A stretch of DNA of 64,000 nt from Gammaproteobacteria bacterium (GTDB lineage Bacteria > Pseudomonadota > Gammaproteobacteria > Natronospirales > JAJUFS01): positions 3,791 to 67,790 of the forward strand of contig JAWWBS010000003.1 of assembly GCA_033720895.1 (NCBI GenBank), in the 5' to 3' direction. The translations under genes and the position numbers were made by a program. The notes under the pieces were generated by a model, which did not search any database, was not told the DNA's origin, and saw nothing but the letters and a program-made list of their open reading frames with translations. Position 1 is the stretch's first letter. Every line of letters begins with the position of its first letter. This document shows, piece by piece, positions 29,043-36,256 of this stretch.

Positions 29043-29093
29043 TGGTCGGGGTGAGAGGATTTGAACCTCCGACCACCTGCACCCCATGCAGGT
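29043..29093 (-). repeat. attL-like direct repeat: orphan 3' 51 nt of tRNA-Pro(GGG)
   Basis: Identical base for base to 31870..31920. It covers the anticodon arm, variable loop, T arm, 3' acceptor strand and CCA. Identity ends exactly at 29094. Confidence 0.9.
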
Positions 29094-29245
29094 ATCGAAA
29101 AAACCATCTTTTCCTTATATTTCAGCGGTTTATCGTCACAAAAGACCTGCATTTTTGAGTACTGTCAGGTAAATAGAATCAACAACTTACCCCTGTATAT
29201 TCCCAACCCAAAATGAAGCCACACCTTCACTAATCCGTCAGTTCC

Positions 29246-29920
29246 TCATTCACACCAAACAGAGCACTCGTTATTGCGGTCAATATTATATAGCTCAGCT
29301 GAAGCGCATGCTCCGTATGCCGAACCGTCCAAGAATATGACTCTGTCTCCAGAGTCCCATCCCATGCAATAAGTTTTCGCTTCAAAAACCTCTCCATTGA
29401 TTATGAATTTCTCATCGTTATAGGCATTACCAATTGAATAAACACTTGGTTTTGAGCATCGCCTGGGCGCTCTAAGCAATTCGACATCAAATGGTTCTTT
29501 ACCCTCAATAACCAGTTTTCCGCGTGACCTGCTTCCCATGATCAGCAGACTATCTTTCGCGTAGCCGATGTATCCGATATATCCGTATCCTTTTTTTCTT
29601 AAAATTGAACCATCCCTCAATTCAAAGTAATCGCCATCTCGATCAGATATTTTTGATTTACATACTTGAGTATTTTTTCTGACTATCCGACGCGGAGGTT
29701 CCATCCCAGAACCCTCCTTAAACTGAATGATAAGTTGCATCAGTTCATCTTGACTGTAATTCTCAAAGGCGCTGCTCGCTAAACACACGTCCACAATCAG
29801 AACGTAGCCCTGATCGCATTCACCATCGATATTCGTATTCTTTATTGGATCCGAGTGAACAGATAGAGAAACAAGCCCGAAGAAGAGAGCTGGCAGCAAT
29901 AATATATTCCTTAGTCCCAT
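29246..29920 (-). CDS. hypothetical secreted Cys-rich protein
   Basis: The ATG at 29920 has AGGAG 5 nt upstream. The signal peptide is MGLRNILLLPALFFGLVSLSVHS|DP. There are 9 Cys in the mature part, a GYGYIGYIGY stretch, and the C-terminus ends CSVWCE. I recognise no family. The ORF-track start at 30013 is less likely. Confidence 0.6.
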   Translation of the reverse strand: MGLRNILLLPALFFGLVSLSVHSDPIKNTNIDGECDQGYVLIVDVCLASSAFENYSQDELMQLIIQFKEGSGMEPPRRIVRKNTQVCKSKISDRDGDYFELRDGSILRKKGYGYIGYIGYAKDSLLIMGSRSRGKLVIEGKEPFDVELLRAPRRCSKPSVYSIGNAYNDEKFIINGEVFEAKTYCMGWDSGDRVIFLDGSAYGACASAELYNIDRNNECSVWCE

Positions 29921-30079
29921 TTGCACTCCTAGAGGCGAAGGTCGCCACAGAAACTTGCCGCTTGAATGCTTGCTAGCACCTTTCCGATAGCCAATACGAA
30001 GCGTTATCGACACGTCGATCGCTACTGAAAATTACGATACTCCCAGCTCGGCTCCACGCTTGTATGCACACAAACCGAC

Positions 30080-30577
30080 TTAAGGCCTACTGCAATCGCA
30101 GGCCCCGCAGACGCATTTAATCCACCCACATTCTGAACAAGTCTCCTGCTTTGTATTGCTTATTGGCAACTTGCAAGAAAAGCAATACGTATCACGCGCC
30201 CCCCTTTTTCCGACAATCCGCCGAATGCCCGCCGCTTTTTCCTGAGCGAAATTCTGGCGTACCTTTTCAGCCTGTTCTCTCTTTCTTCTCTGGCGATAAT
30301 ACTCTTTCTCTTCAACAATCCAGGAGAAGTTAGCACCATCCTTCCACTTGCGGTAAGCATCGATCGCGGGCGCACGATGTTTTTCCTTCGCCGAACTAAA
30401 GTAGCCCCTTGCGCTTCGATCATATTTTCCGATTTCTTGCGATTCGACTTCCCACAAGAATACATGAGGACAATCCTTCAGCTGAATAGAAGGATCGAAT
30501 ACGACAATTCCCCCCTCATATTCCCCAACCCATAGACTCACATTCTCTTCCAATTCTGTACCCCCGCTGGCTACCAC
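30080..30577 (-). CDS. hypothetical protein with C-terminal Cys8 zinc-ribbon-like cluster
   Basis: 165 aa with a GTG start and GAGG about 8 nt upstream. The middle is basic and probably helical (EEKEYYRQRRKREQAEKVRQNFAQEKAAG). The C-terminus is CFSCKLPISNTKQETCSECGWIKCVCGACDC. I recognise no family. Confidence 0.55.
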   Translation of the reverse strand: MVASGGTELEENVSLWVGEYEGGIVVFDPSIQLKDCPHVFLWEVESQEIGKYDRSARGYFSSAKEKHRAPAIDAYRKWKDGANFSWIVEEKEYYRQRRKREQAEKVRQNFAQEKAAGIRRIVGKRGARDTYCFSCKLPISNTKQETCSECGWIKCVCGACDCSRP

Positions 30578-30653
30578 ATAAAAGCCTCACCAATTCGGTC
30601 AAGCTATATCATTCTGATCCCCTAAACCCCCACCTATTGTTAGCTGCTAAGGC

Positions 30654-31535
30654 TTATCGAAAAGCAAGTCGTTTTAGTGGGGCGTGATATTGATCAATCA
30701 AGGAGTAAATAGGATCCGCCCCATGAAAAAATGATTCGGAATCAACTCCATGCTCAGTTGTTAGTTTTGCCTCTCGACGGACCGTAGAAATGGCGCCTTT
30801 TCCTACCTGCCTTTTCCACCCCGGAAAGCCAATCTGGGCAATCTTCTGAAGGGATGTGTCCTTAGGACCAAAGCCAAATTTTCTTTTTGACTTAATTTTG
30901 CAAACATCGATAAAGTTTTTATGCGGATTATCAAGGCAAAATCCGTAATCTCTTAGCCTCTGGTCCAGTTCCTGGTAAGTAATCGTGTAGTACCGGTTAT
31001 CCCTCTTTCTTGAGTTCTTTCTAATGAAGTCTGCAATCCAAATAATTTCAGGGTCATTGGAACGGCGTCCTGAAGACTTCTTTACGCGACGCTTCTTTAG
31101 ATTATTCTCAGCAATATCAACGACAAAATTCTCTAGTGGGCGCTGCTTAATAGTGGGCGATCGGTTAATCCTGGCCAGAAAATACAAAAGTACCAGCAAA
31201 CCTGTTCGTTTATTTGCATCGTGGAATGGGTGGTCCTTCACCAAACCATAAACAAGTGTGGCGCATCTTTCGAAAGGATCCTTCCACTTGTCATTGCCGT
31301 CAAAAGATACAAATTGCCGGTAAACAGCTGAATGGAGCAGATTTGGATCTCGAGGCCCCACACCACCAATGCCTCTACCCTCAGAATAGAAGTGATCAAC
31401 AATGAGGAAGTGGGCCCTCAACACATCAAGCATCCCAATTGTGTCTTTGGATGCGTACGGGTCCGATTCACCAAAATGTCTACACCACCGCTCGAACTCC
31501 GACTTAACAGCAGAATTTATGAGAATTATTTCCAA
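30654..31535 (-). CDS. Fic/Doc family protein, Doc-type (kinase-like) motif, with about 150-aa C-terminal extension
   Basis: 293 aa with a TTG start and GGAGA about 7 nt upstream. The Fic-fold core carries HPFHDANKRTGLLV, which matches the Doc variant HxFxDANKR rather than the AMPylase form HxFx(D/E)GNGR. The basic C-terminal region (KKRRVKKSSGRR...KSKRKFGFGPK) is absent from canonical Doc of about 126 aa. Confidence 0.8.
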   Translation of the reverse strand: MEIILINSAVKSEFERWCRHFGESDPYASKDTIGMLDVLRAHFLIVDHFYSEGRGIGGVGPRDPNLLHSAVYRQFVSFDGNDKWKDPFERCATLVYGLVKDHPFHDANKRTGLLVLLYFLARINRSPTIKQRPLENFVVDIAENNLKKRRVKKSSGRRSNDPEIIWIADFIRKNSRKRDNRYYTITYQELDQRLRDYGFCLDNPHKNFIDVCKIKSKRKFGFGPKDTSLQKIAQIGFPGWKRQVGKGAISTVRREAKLTTEHGVDSESFFHGADPIYSLIDQYHAPLKRLAFR

Positions 31536-31770
31536 AAATATCTCTCCGAAGTCGACTCAGACATTCAACACGTGTTAACTCGCTACAATCAAAAATGCAC
31601 GAATATTTTGGGAATATTGTTTCCCCAGAGTCTGGAGAACTACTGGCGCAAAAGAAAGTAGCAAGAGCTGAAATACCGGAAGCCTCAATCTGGCGAATCC
31701 AGAGGTGTCGAGATCTGTATGGAAATTCGAACACCTGCAGAAATGAACCGGTACCCACGGTCGATCGCGT

Positions 31771-31804
31771 GTTGGAAATATTATTTTTCCAAAATATTTC
31801 CAAC
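31771..31804. promoter_or_regulatory. perfect 12-bp inverted repeat (candidate operator or hairpin) upstream of the Doc-like gene
   Basis: GTTGGAAATATT, a 10-nt spacer, then AATATTTCCAAC. The spacer itself contains TTGGAAAAAT (minus-strand reading). Related TTGGRAATA(T/A)T copies occur at 31601..31619 and across the TTG start at 31535. Confidence 0.4.
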
Positions 31805-31813
31805 ATATTGCCA

Positions 31814-31844
31814 ACGAAAAAAGGGCGCCCAAAAAGGCGCCCTT
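31814..31844 (-). terminator. rho-independent terminator of tRNA-Pro, supplied by the islet
   Basis: On the minus strand, AAGGGCGCC-TTTTTG-GGCGCCCTT is followed by TTTTTCGTT, about 25 nt after the CCA end. Confidence 0.65.
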
Positions 31845-31869
31845 AACTCATTGTTATTGCTGAGGAATT

Positions 31870-31920
31870 TGGTCGGGGTGAGAGGATTTGAACCTCCGAC
31901 CACCTGCACCCCATGCAGGT
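31870..31920 (-). repeat. attR-like direct repeat, forming the 3' part of the intact tRNA-Pro
   Basis: 51/51 identical to 29043..29093. Confidence 0.9.
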
Positions 31921-31946
31921 GCGCTACCAGGCTGCGCTACACCCCG
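31870..31946 (-). tRNA. tRNA-Pro (anticodon GGG)
   Basis: A 77-nt cloverleaf folded by hand. Acceptor CGGGGTG/CACCCCG; D arm GCGC/GCGC; anticodon stem CCTGC/GCAGG with loop AT-GGG-GT (U33, G37); T arm GGAGG-TTCAAAT-CCTCT; encoded CCA. Confidence 0.93.
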
Positions 31947-32028
31947 AATTGTTGAATCGCCCGCGTTCGCGGGAGGCGCATGATAACCCGACCCGGCGTG
32001 GCCGGACCAGTCTCGAAACGCCTGGAAA

Positions 32029-32385
32029 TTACTTCTTGAGGAGGTGCAGAACTTCTTCCAGTTCGACGCGCAGCTGCTTGATGATCTGCTGGCTCTGCTG
32101 GGTGTCCTGCTTGGCGTTGTCGCCGGACAGCTGCTGGCGGGCACCGGTGATGGTGAAGCCCTGATCGTACAGCAGGCTGCGGATCTGGCGAATCACGATC
32201 ACGTCATGGCGCTGGTAGTAGCGGCGGTTGCCGCGGCGCTTGACGGGTTTCAGCTGGGGAAATTCCTGCTCCCAGTAACGCAAGACGTGAGGCTTGACGG
32301 CGCAGAGCTCCGAGACCTCACCGATGGTGAAGTACTTTTTGCCCGGGATGGCGGGAAGTTCGCTGTTATTCCCCGCTTCCAGCAT
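32029..32385 (-). CDS. MerR family transcriptional regulator
   Basis: 118 aa with the Mer[29 protein letters not shown]...RRYY. It lies immediately downstream of ihfA and overlaps it by 20 nt. Confidence 0.85.
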   Translation of the reverse strand: MLEAGNNSELPAIPGKKYFTIGEVSELCAVKPHVLRYWEQEFPQLKPVKRRGNRRYYQRHDVIVIRQIRSLLYDQGFTITGARQQLSGDNAKQDTQQSQQIIKQLRVELEEVLHLLKK

Positions 32386-32665
32386 ATGCCTCTACCCTCG
32401 CCTTGAGTTTCTGACCGGGACGGAAAGTCACCACACGGCGGGCCGTAATGGGTATTTCTTCACCAGTCTTGGGATTGCGGCCAGGCCGCTGGTTCTTGTC
32501 GCGCAGGTCGAAGTTGCCAAAGCCGGAAAGCTTGATCTGCCGTCCATCGCCCAAGGCATTGCGGATTTCCTCAAAGAACAGGTCTACCAGTTCCTTGGCT
32601 TCCCGCTTGTTGAGGCCCAGTTCCTCGAACAGGGCTTCTGCCATTTCAGCTTTGGTAAGCGCCAT
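32366..32665 (-). CDS. ihfA: integration host factor subunit alpha
   Basis: 99 aa starting [34 protein letters not shown], with [26 protein letters not shown]. It follows pheT. Confidence 0.95.
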   Translation of the reverse strand: MALTKAEMAEALFEELGLNKREAKELVDLFFEEIRNALGDGRQIKLSGFGNFDLRDKNQRPGRNPKTGEEIPITARRVVTFRPGQKLKARVEAYAGSGE

Positions 32666-32699
32666 TCCGTGATCTCTGTGTTAACCCACGGTCTGATGG

Positions 32700-35075
32700 C
32701 TAATCGCGGACCTTGGCACCCAGTTCTTGCTGGAGCCTGTCACGGATTCGGGCCATCGCCTGCTCAATCTCTTCGTCATTAAGAGTGCGCGAAGAATCCT
32801 GTAAAATCAAGCTCAAAGCGATACTTTTTAGACCGGAATCTATTCGGTCGCCACGATATATGTCAAACATGCGGATGTCCTGCAAAAGCTGGGGTTCCGC
32901 GGCTTTGACGACCTCGATCAGCTGGTTTGCCGGCACGTTTTCGTCCACCAGCAAGGCCAGGTCGCGGCTGATGGCCGGGAACCTGGAGATGGGGGCCTTC
33001 TTCGGTGCCCGGGTTGCCAACAGCGGCGCCAGTCGCATCTCGAAAACGATCGCGCCCTGGCTCAGGCCCAGCTTGCCCACCAGTTGTGGGTGCAGGACGC
33101 CCATCCAGCCAATTTCTTCACCGTCCTTAAGTAATCTCGCTGTCTGGCCGGGATGAAGGCCGGGATGCTCCCCTGCTTCGGCCTTGAGCTCGCCACCCCC
33201 CAATCCGACCAGGGCAGCCACGTCATTCTTGAGATCGGCGAAGTCGACTGCACGCTCGGGCATGCCCCACTGCAGCGGCCATTGGTTGCCGGAGACCAGA
33301 CCGGAGATAACATTTTCCTGAATGGTTTCATTGGCTTGCGATATAAACCTCATGCCGGTTTCGAAGATGCGAACCCGTGATTGTTGGCGATTGAGGTTAT
33401 ATTCCAGCGCCTTGACGAGACCGGCCCATAGGTTGCGGCGCATGTGCGTCAGGTCGGCCGTGATCGGGTTCGCCAGCGGGATACCCGCCTCGCCGGACAA
33501 GGCCTCCTGGAGCTCGGCAGCCACAAAGCTGTAGGTAATGACTTCCTGGTAGCCCCGCTGGACCAGCACGTCCTTCAAGCGGGTCAGGCTGACCTCGCTT
33601 TCTGGCGCCGGGACCATCGGCTGCTGGCTCGGATACTGCACGGGTGCGATGTGGTCGTAGCCATGGATCCGCCCCACTTCCTCGACCAGGTCTTCCTCGA
33701 TCTCGATATCGAATCGATGACTCGGCGCCTGGACTTCCCAGCCGGCATCAACCGCCTTCGGCGGCATCCGGAGTGCGGTGAGAATGCGTTCGACCTCGGC
33801 ATCCGGAATGTCGATGCCCAGCAAGCTTGCCAGCCGCGCCTTTCGAAGCGTGATGCTGTTGCGCGCGGGGCGGGTTTTCGACTCGAAACCGCTGACCGGG
33901 CCCGGCTGGCCACCGGCAATGTCCATCAGCAAGCGCGTGGCGCGCTCGATGGCACGCAATTGCCCGGAAGGATCGACACCGCGTTCGAAGCGATAGCCCG
34001 CGTCCGTGTGCATGCCCAGGCGACGCGGACGGCCGTTGATGGTCGAGTTGTCGAAATAGGCGCATTCCAGGTAGATGTCGGCGGTGTCGTCCTGCACCCC
34101 AGAATCCTTGCCACCCATGATCCCGGCAATGCCCAGCAGCTGCTTGCCATCGGGACCTTTGGCAATCACCAGGACGTCATCGGATAGCTCCTTTTCCTCG
34201 CCATCGAGCAGCACCAGCTTTTCGCCCTGCCTGGCGAAACGAACGACAATGCCGCCGTCGACTTCTCGCAGGTCGTAACCATGCATGGGCTGGCCCAGTT
34301 CGATCATCACGTATTGCGTCACGTCGACCACCGGGCTGATGGGACGGATGCCGGCACGACGCAGGCGTTCCTGCATCCACAACGGCGTCTCGGCGTTCGG
34401 ATCGATGCCCTTGATGACACGGCCGAGGAAGGTCGGGCACGCTGCCTCGTCCTTCACGACCACCGGCAGGGTGTCATCGATCTCCGCTTCCACTTCCTCG
34501 TTCACCGGCACTTCGGCCTCGCCCTCGACCAGCGCCGCCACATCACGTGCGACGCCGAGCATGCCCAGGCAGTCCCCACGGTTCGGGGTGATCTCGATTT
34601 CGATGACGTGATCATCACCGCCAAGGAACTCGGTCAGCGGCTTGCCCAGCGGTGCATCGCTTGGCAGGTCCATCAAGCCTGCGTGGTCTTCCGAAAGCCC
34701 CAGTTCGCGCGCCGAGCACAGCATGCCCGACGACTCGACGCCACGCAGCTTGGCTTTCTTGATCTTCGTGCCATCCGGAAGCTTGGATCCTGGCAGGATG
34801 ACCGGCGCTTTCATGCCAGCCCGGGCATTCGGCGCACCACAGACGATCTGGTGCTCGTCCTTGCCGTCGGTCGTGACCTTGCAGACCTTCAGCTTGTCGG
34901 CATCCGGGTGCTTCTCGCAGGAGAGCACTTCACCGATGACGATACCGTCCAGCACCGGCACCGCCGGGTCCACTGCGGCCACTTCGAGGCCAGCCAGGCT
35001 CAGCCGTTCGGCGAGCTCCGCCGGGCTGTCCTGGACCTTCACGATTTCCTGCAACCATTGGTAACTGACTTTCAT
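32700..35075 (-). CDS. pheT: phenylalanine--tRNA ligase beta subunit
   Basis: 791 aa starting MKVSYQWLQE. It has a tRNA-binding domain plus B3/4, B5 and FDX-ACB regions, and follows pheS. Confidence 0.96.
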   Translation of the reverse strand: MKVSYQWLQEIVKVQDSPAELAERLSLAGLEVAAVDPAVPVLDGIVIGEVLSCEKHPDADKLKVCKVTTDGKDEHQIVCGAPNARAGMKAPVILPGSKLPDGTKIKKAKLRGVESSGMLCSARELGLSEDHAGLMDLPSDAPLGKPLTEFLGGDDHVIEIEITPNRGDCLGMLGVARDVAALVEGEAEVPVNEEVEAEIDDTLPVVVKDEAACPTFLGRVIKGIDPNAETPLWMQERLRRAGIRPISPVVDVTQYVMIELGQPMHGYDLREVDGGIVVRFARQGEKLVLLDGEEKELSDDVLVIAKGPDGKQLLGIAGIMGGKDSGVQDDTADIYLECAYFDNSTINGRPRRLGMHTDAGYRFERGVDPSGQLRAIERATRLLMDIAGGQPGPVSGFESKTRPARNSITLRKARLASLLGIDIPDAEVERILTALRMPPKAVDAGWEVQAPSHRFDIEIEEDLVEEVGRIHGYDHIAPVQYPSQQPMVPAPESEVSLTRLKDVLVQRGYQEVITYSFVAAELQEALSGEAGIPLANPITADLTHMRRNLWAGLVKALEYNLNRQQSRVRIFETGMRFISQANETIQENVISGLVSGNQWPLQWGMPERAVDFADLKNDVAALVGLGGGELKAEAGEHPGLHPGQTARLLKDGEEIGWMGVLHPQLVGKLGLSQGAIVFEMRLAPLLATRAPKKAPISRFPAISRDLALLVDENVPANQLIEVVKAAEPQLLQDIRMFDIYRGDRIDSGLKSIALSLILQDSSRTLNDEEIEQAMARIRDRLQQELGAKVRD

Positions 35076-35086
35076 TTCACATCCAC

Positions 35087-36103
35087 TTACTTGAACTGGC
35101 GCAGGAAGCGCAGGTCGTTGTCGTAATTTAGGCGTATGTCATCGATGCCATAGCGCAGCATGCCCAGGCGCTCGATGCCGATACCGAAGGCCCAGCCGGT
35201 GTATTCCTCGGGATCGATGTTGCAGGACTCCAGCACGTTCGGGTGCACCATGCCGCAGCCCAGGATTTCGATCCAGCCCGTCTGCTTGCAGATACGGCAA
35301 CCCTTGCCTTCACAGAACAGGCAGGAGATGTCGACTTCGGCACCGGGTTCGACAAAGGGGAAATACGAGGGACGGAAGCGCAGCTTCAGGTCCTGCTCGA
35401 AGAAATTCTGCAGGAAGGTCGTGAGGATGCCGCGCAGGTGTGCCATGGACACGCCCTTGTCGACCAGCAAGCCTTCGACCTGGTGGAACATCGGCGTATG
35501 CGTGACATCGTAGTCGTGGCGGAAGGTGCGACCCGGTGCGATGACACGAATCGGCGCACCCTGCTTCAGCATGGCGCGAATCTGTACCGGCGAGGTATGG
35601 GTACGCAGCAGGCGGCCATCTTCCAGGTAGAAGGTGTCCATGTCGGCGCGCGCCGGATGATCCGGCTTGAAATTCAGGGCATCGAAGTTGTGGAACTCGT
35701 CTTCGATCTCGGGACCGGTCTCGATACCGAAGCCCATGCTGCGGAAGAGCTCGTTGATGCGCTCGGTGATTCGCGTCACCGGATGCAGGCCACCCGGCTC
35801 GTGACCGCGACCCGGCAAGGTGACGTCGATGGTCTCGGCAGCCAGCTTCTCGGCCAGCGCGGCATCGGCCAGCACCTGCTTGCGCGTCTCGATCTTCTCT
35901 GCGACCTCGCGCTTGACCTCGTTGATCTTCTGGCCCGCTTCACGGCGTTCTTCCGCCGGCAGCTTGCCCAGCGACTTCAACTGCTCCGTGATGCTGCCCT
36001 TCTTGCCGAGGTAGGCCACGCGAATGTCATCCAATGCGCGCAGATCGGCTGCCGCGTCGATCGCAGCAGTGGCTTCCTGGCTCAGCTTCTCCAGTTCCTG
36101 CAC
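35087..36103 (-). CDS. pheS: phenylalanine--tRNA ligase alpha subunit
   Basis: 338 aa with class II aaRS motifs (HPARDMQDTFY-like [38 protein letters not shown]). Confidence 0.96.
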   Translation of the reverse strand: MQELEKLSQEATAAIDAAADLRALDDIRVAYLGKKGSITEQLKSLGKLPAEERREAGQKINEVKREVAEKIETRKQVLADAALAEKLAAETIDVTLPGRGHEPGGLHPVTRITERINELFRSMGFGIETGPEIEDEFHNFDALNFKPDHPARADMDTFYLEDGRLLRTHTSPVQIRAMLKQGAPIRVIAPGRTFRHDYDVTHTPMFHQVEGLLVDKGVSMAHLRGILTTFLQNFFEQDLKLRFRPSYFPFVEPGAEVDISCLFCEGKGCRICKQTGWIEILGCGMVHPNVLESCNIDPEEYTGWAFGIGIERLGMLRYGIDDIRLNYDNDLRFLRQFK

Positions 36104-36163
36104 TGGCTTGCTCTCCCTGGCATCACTTGCCGCGAGTCATGCCGCGGGTCGCAATGCGCCAAT

Positions 36164-36201
36164 CAAAAAAACAAAAAGGGGAAAGACGCAGGCCTTTCCC
36201 C
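36164..36201 (-). terminator. rho-independent terminator/attenuator between rplT and pheS
   Basis: On the minus strand, GGGGAAAG-GCCTGCGT-CTTTCCCC is followed by TTTTTGTTTTTTT. Confidence 0.6.
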
Positions 36202-36256
36202 TCTCGCAAACGCTAGTGTTCCAGACCGATGTGCATCGGCAGAAACTTGTTCGCAC

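Larger units (their letters stand above)
29043..31920. mobile_element. integrase-less, AT-rich genomic islet (about 2.8 kb) inserted in tRNA-Pro(GGG)
   Basis: A perfect 51-bp direct repeat of the tRNA 3' part flanks a region visibly much more AT-rich than both flanks. Three orphan genes sit on one strand. The element supplies the functional tRNA 3' end and its own terminator. Confidence 0.8.

Noticed and set aside
29561-29590. Apparent short tandem DNA repeat (gtagccgatgtatccgatatatccgtatcc)
   Set aside because: It is in frame within the secreted-protein ORF and encodes GYGYIGYIGY. It is too short and too imperfect to call a DNA-level tandem repeat or a phase-variation tract.
31595-31846. 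83-aa plus-strand ORF in the islet's non-coding arm, considered as a possible antitoxin or integrase remnant. The minus-strand ORFs at 31504..31806 and 31575..31832 were considered as well.
   Set aside because: I saw no Shine-Dalgarno sequence. The plus-strand ORF reads straight through the tRNA terminator hairpin. The translations have no recognisable recombinase or DNA-binding motifs. The ORFs are mutually overlapping and lie in AT-rich DNA.
36104-36256. Search for a Phe-rich leader peptide (pheM-like attenuator) upstream of pheS
   Set aside because: The only small ORF encodes MHIGLEH, with no Phe codons. The hairpin plus T-tract is adequately explained as the rplT operon terminator or a simple attenuator.
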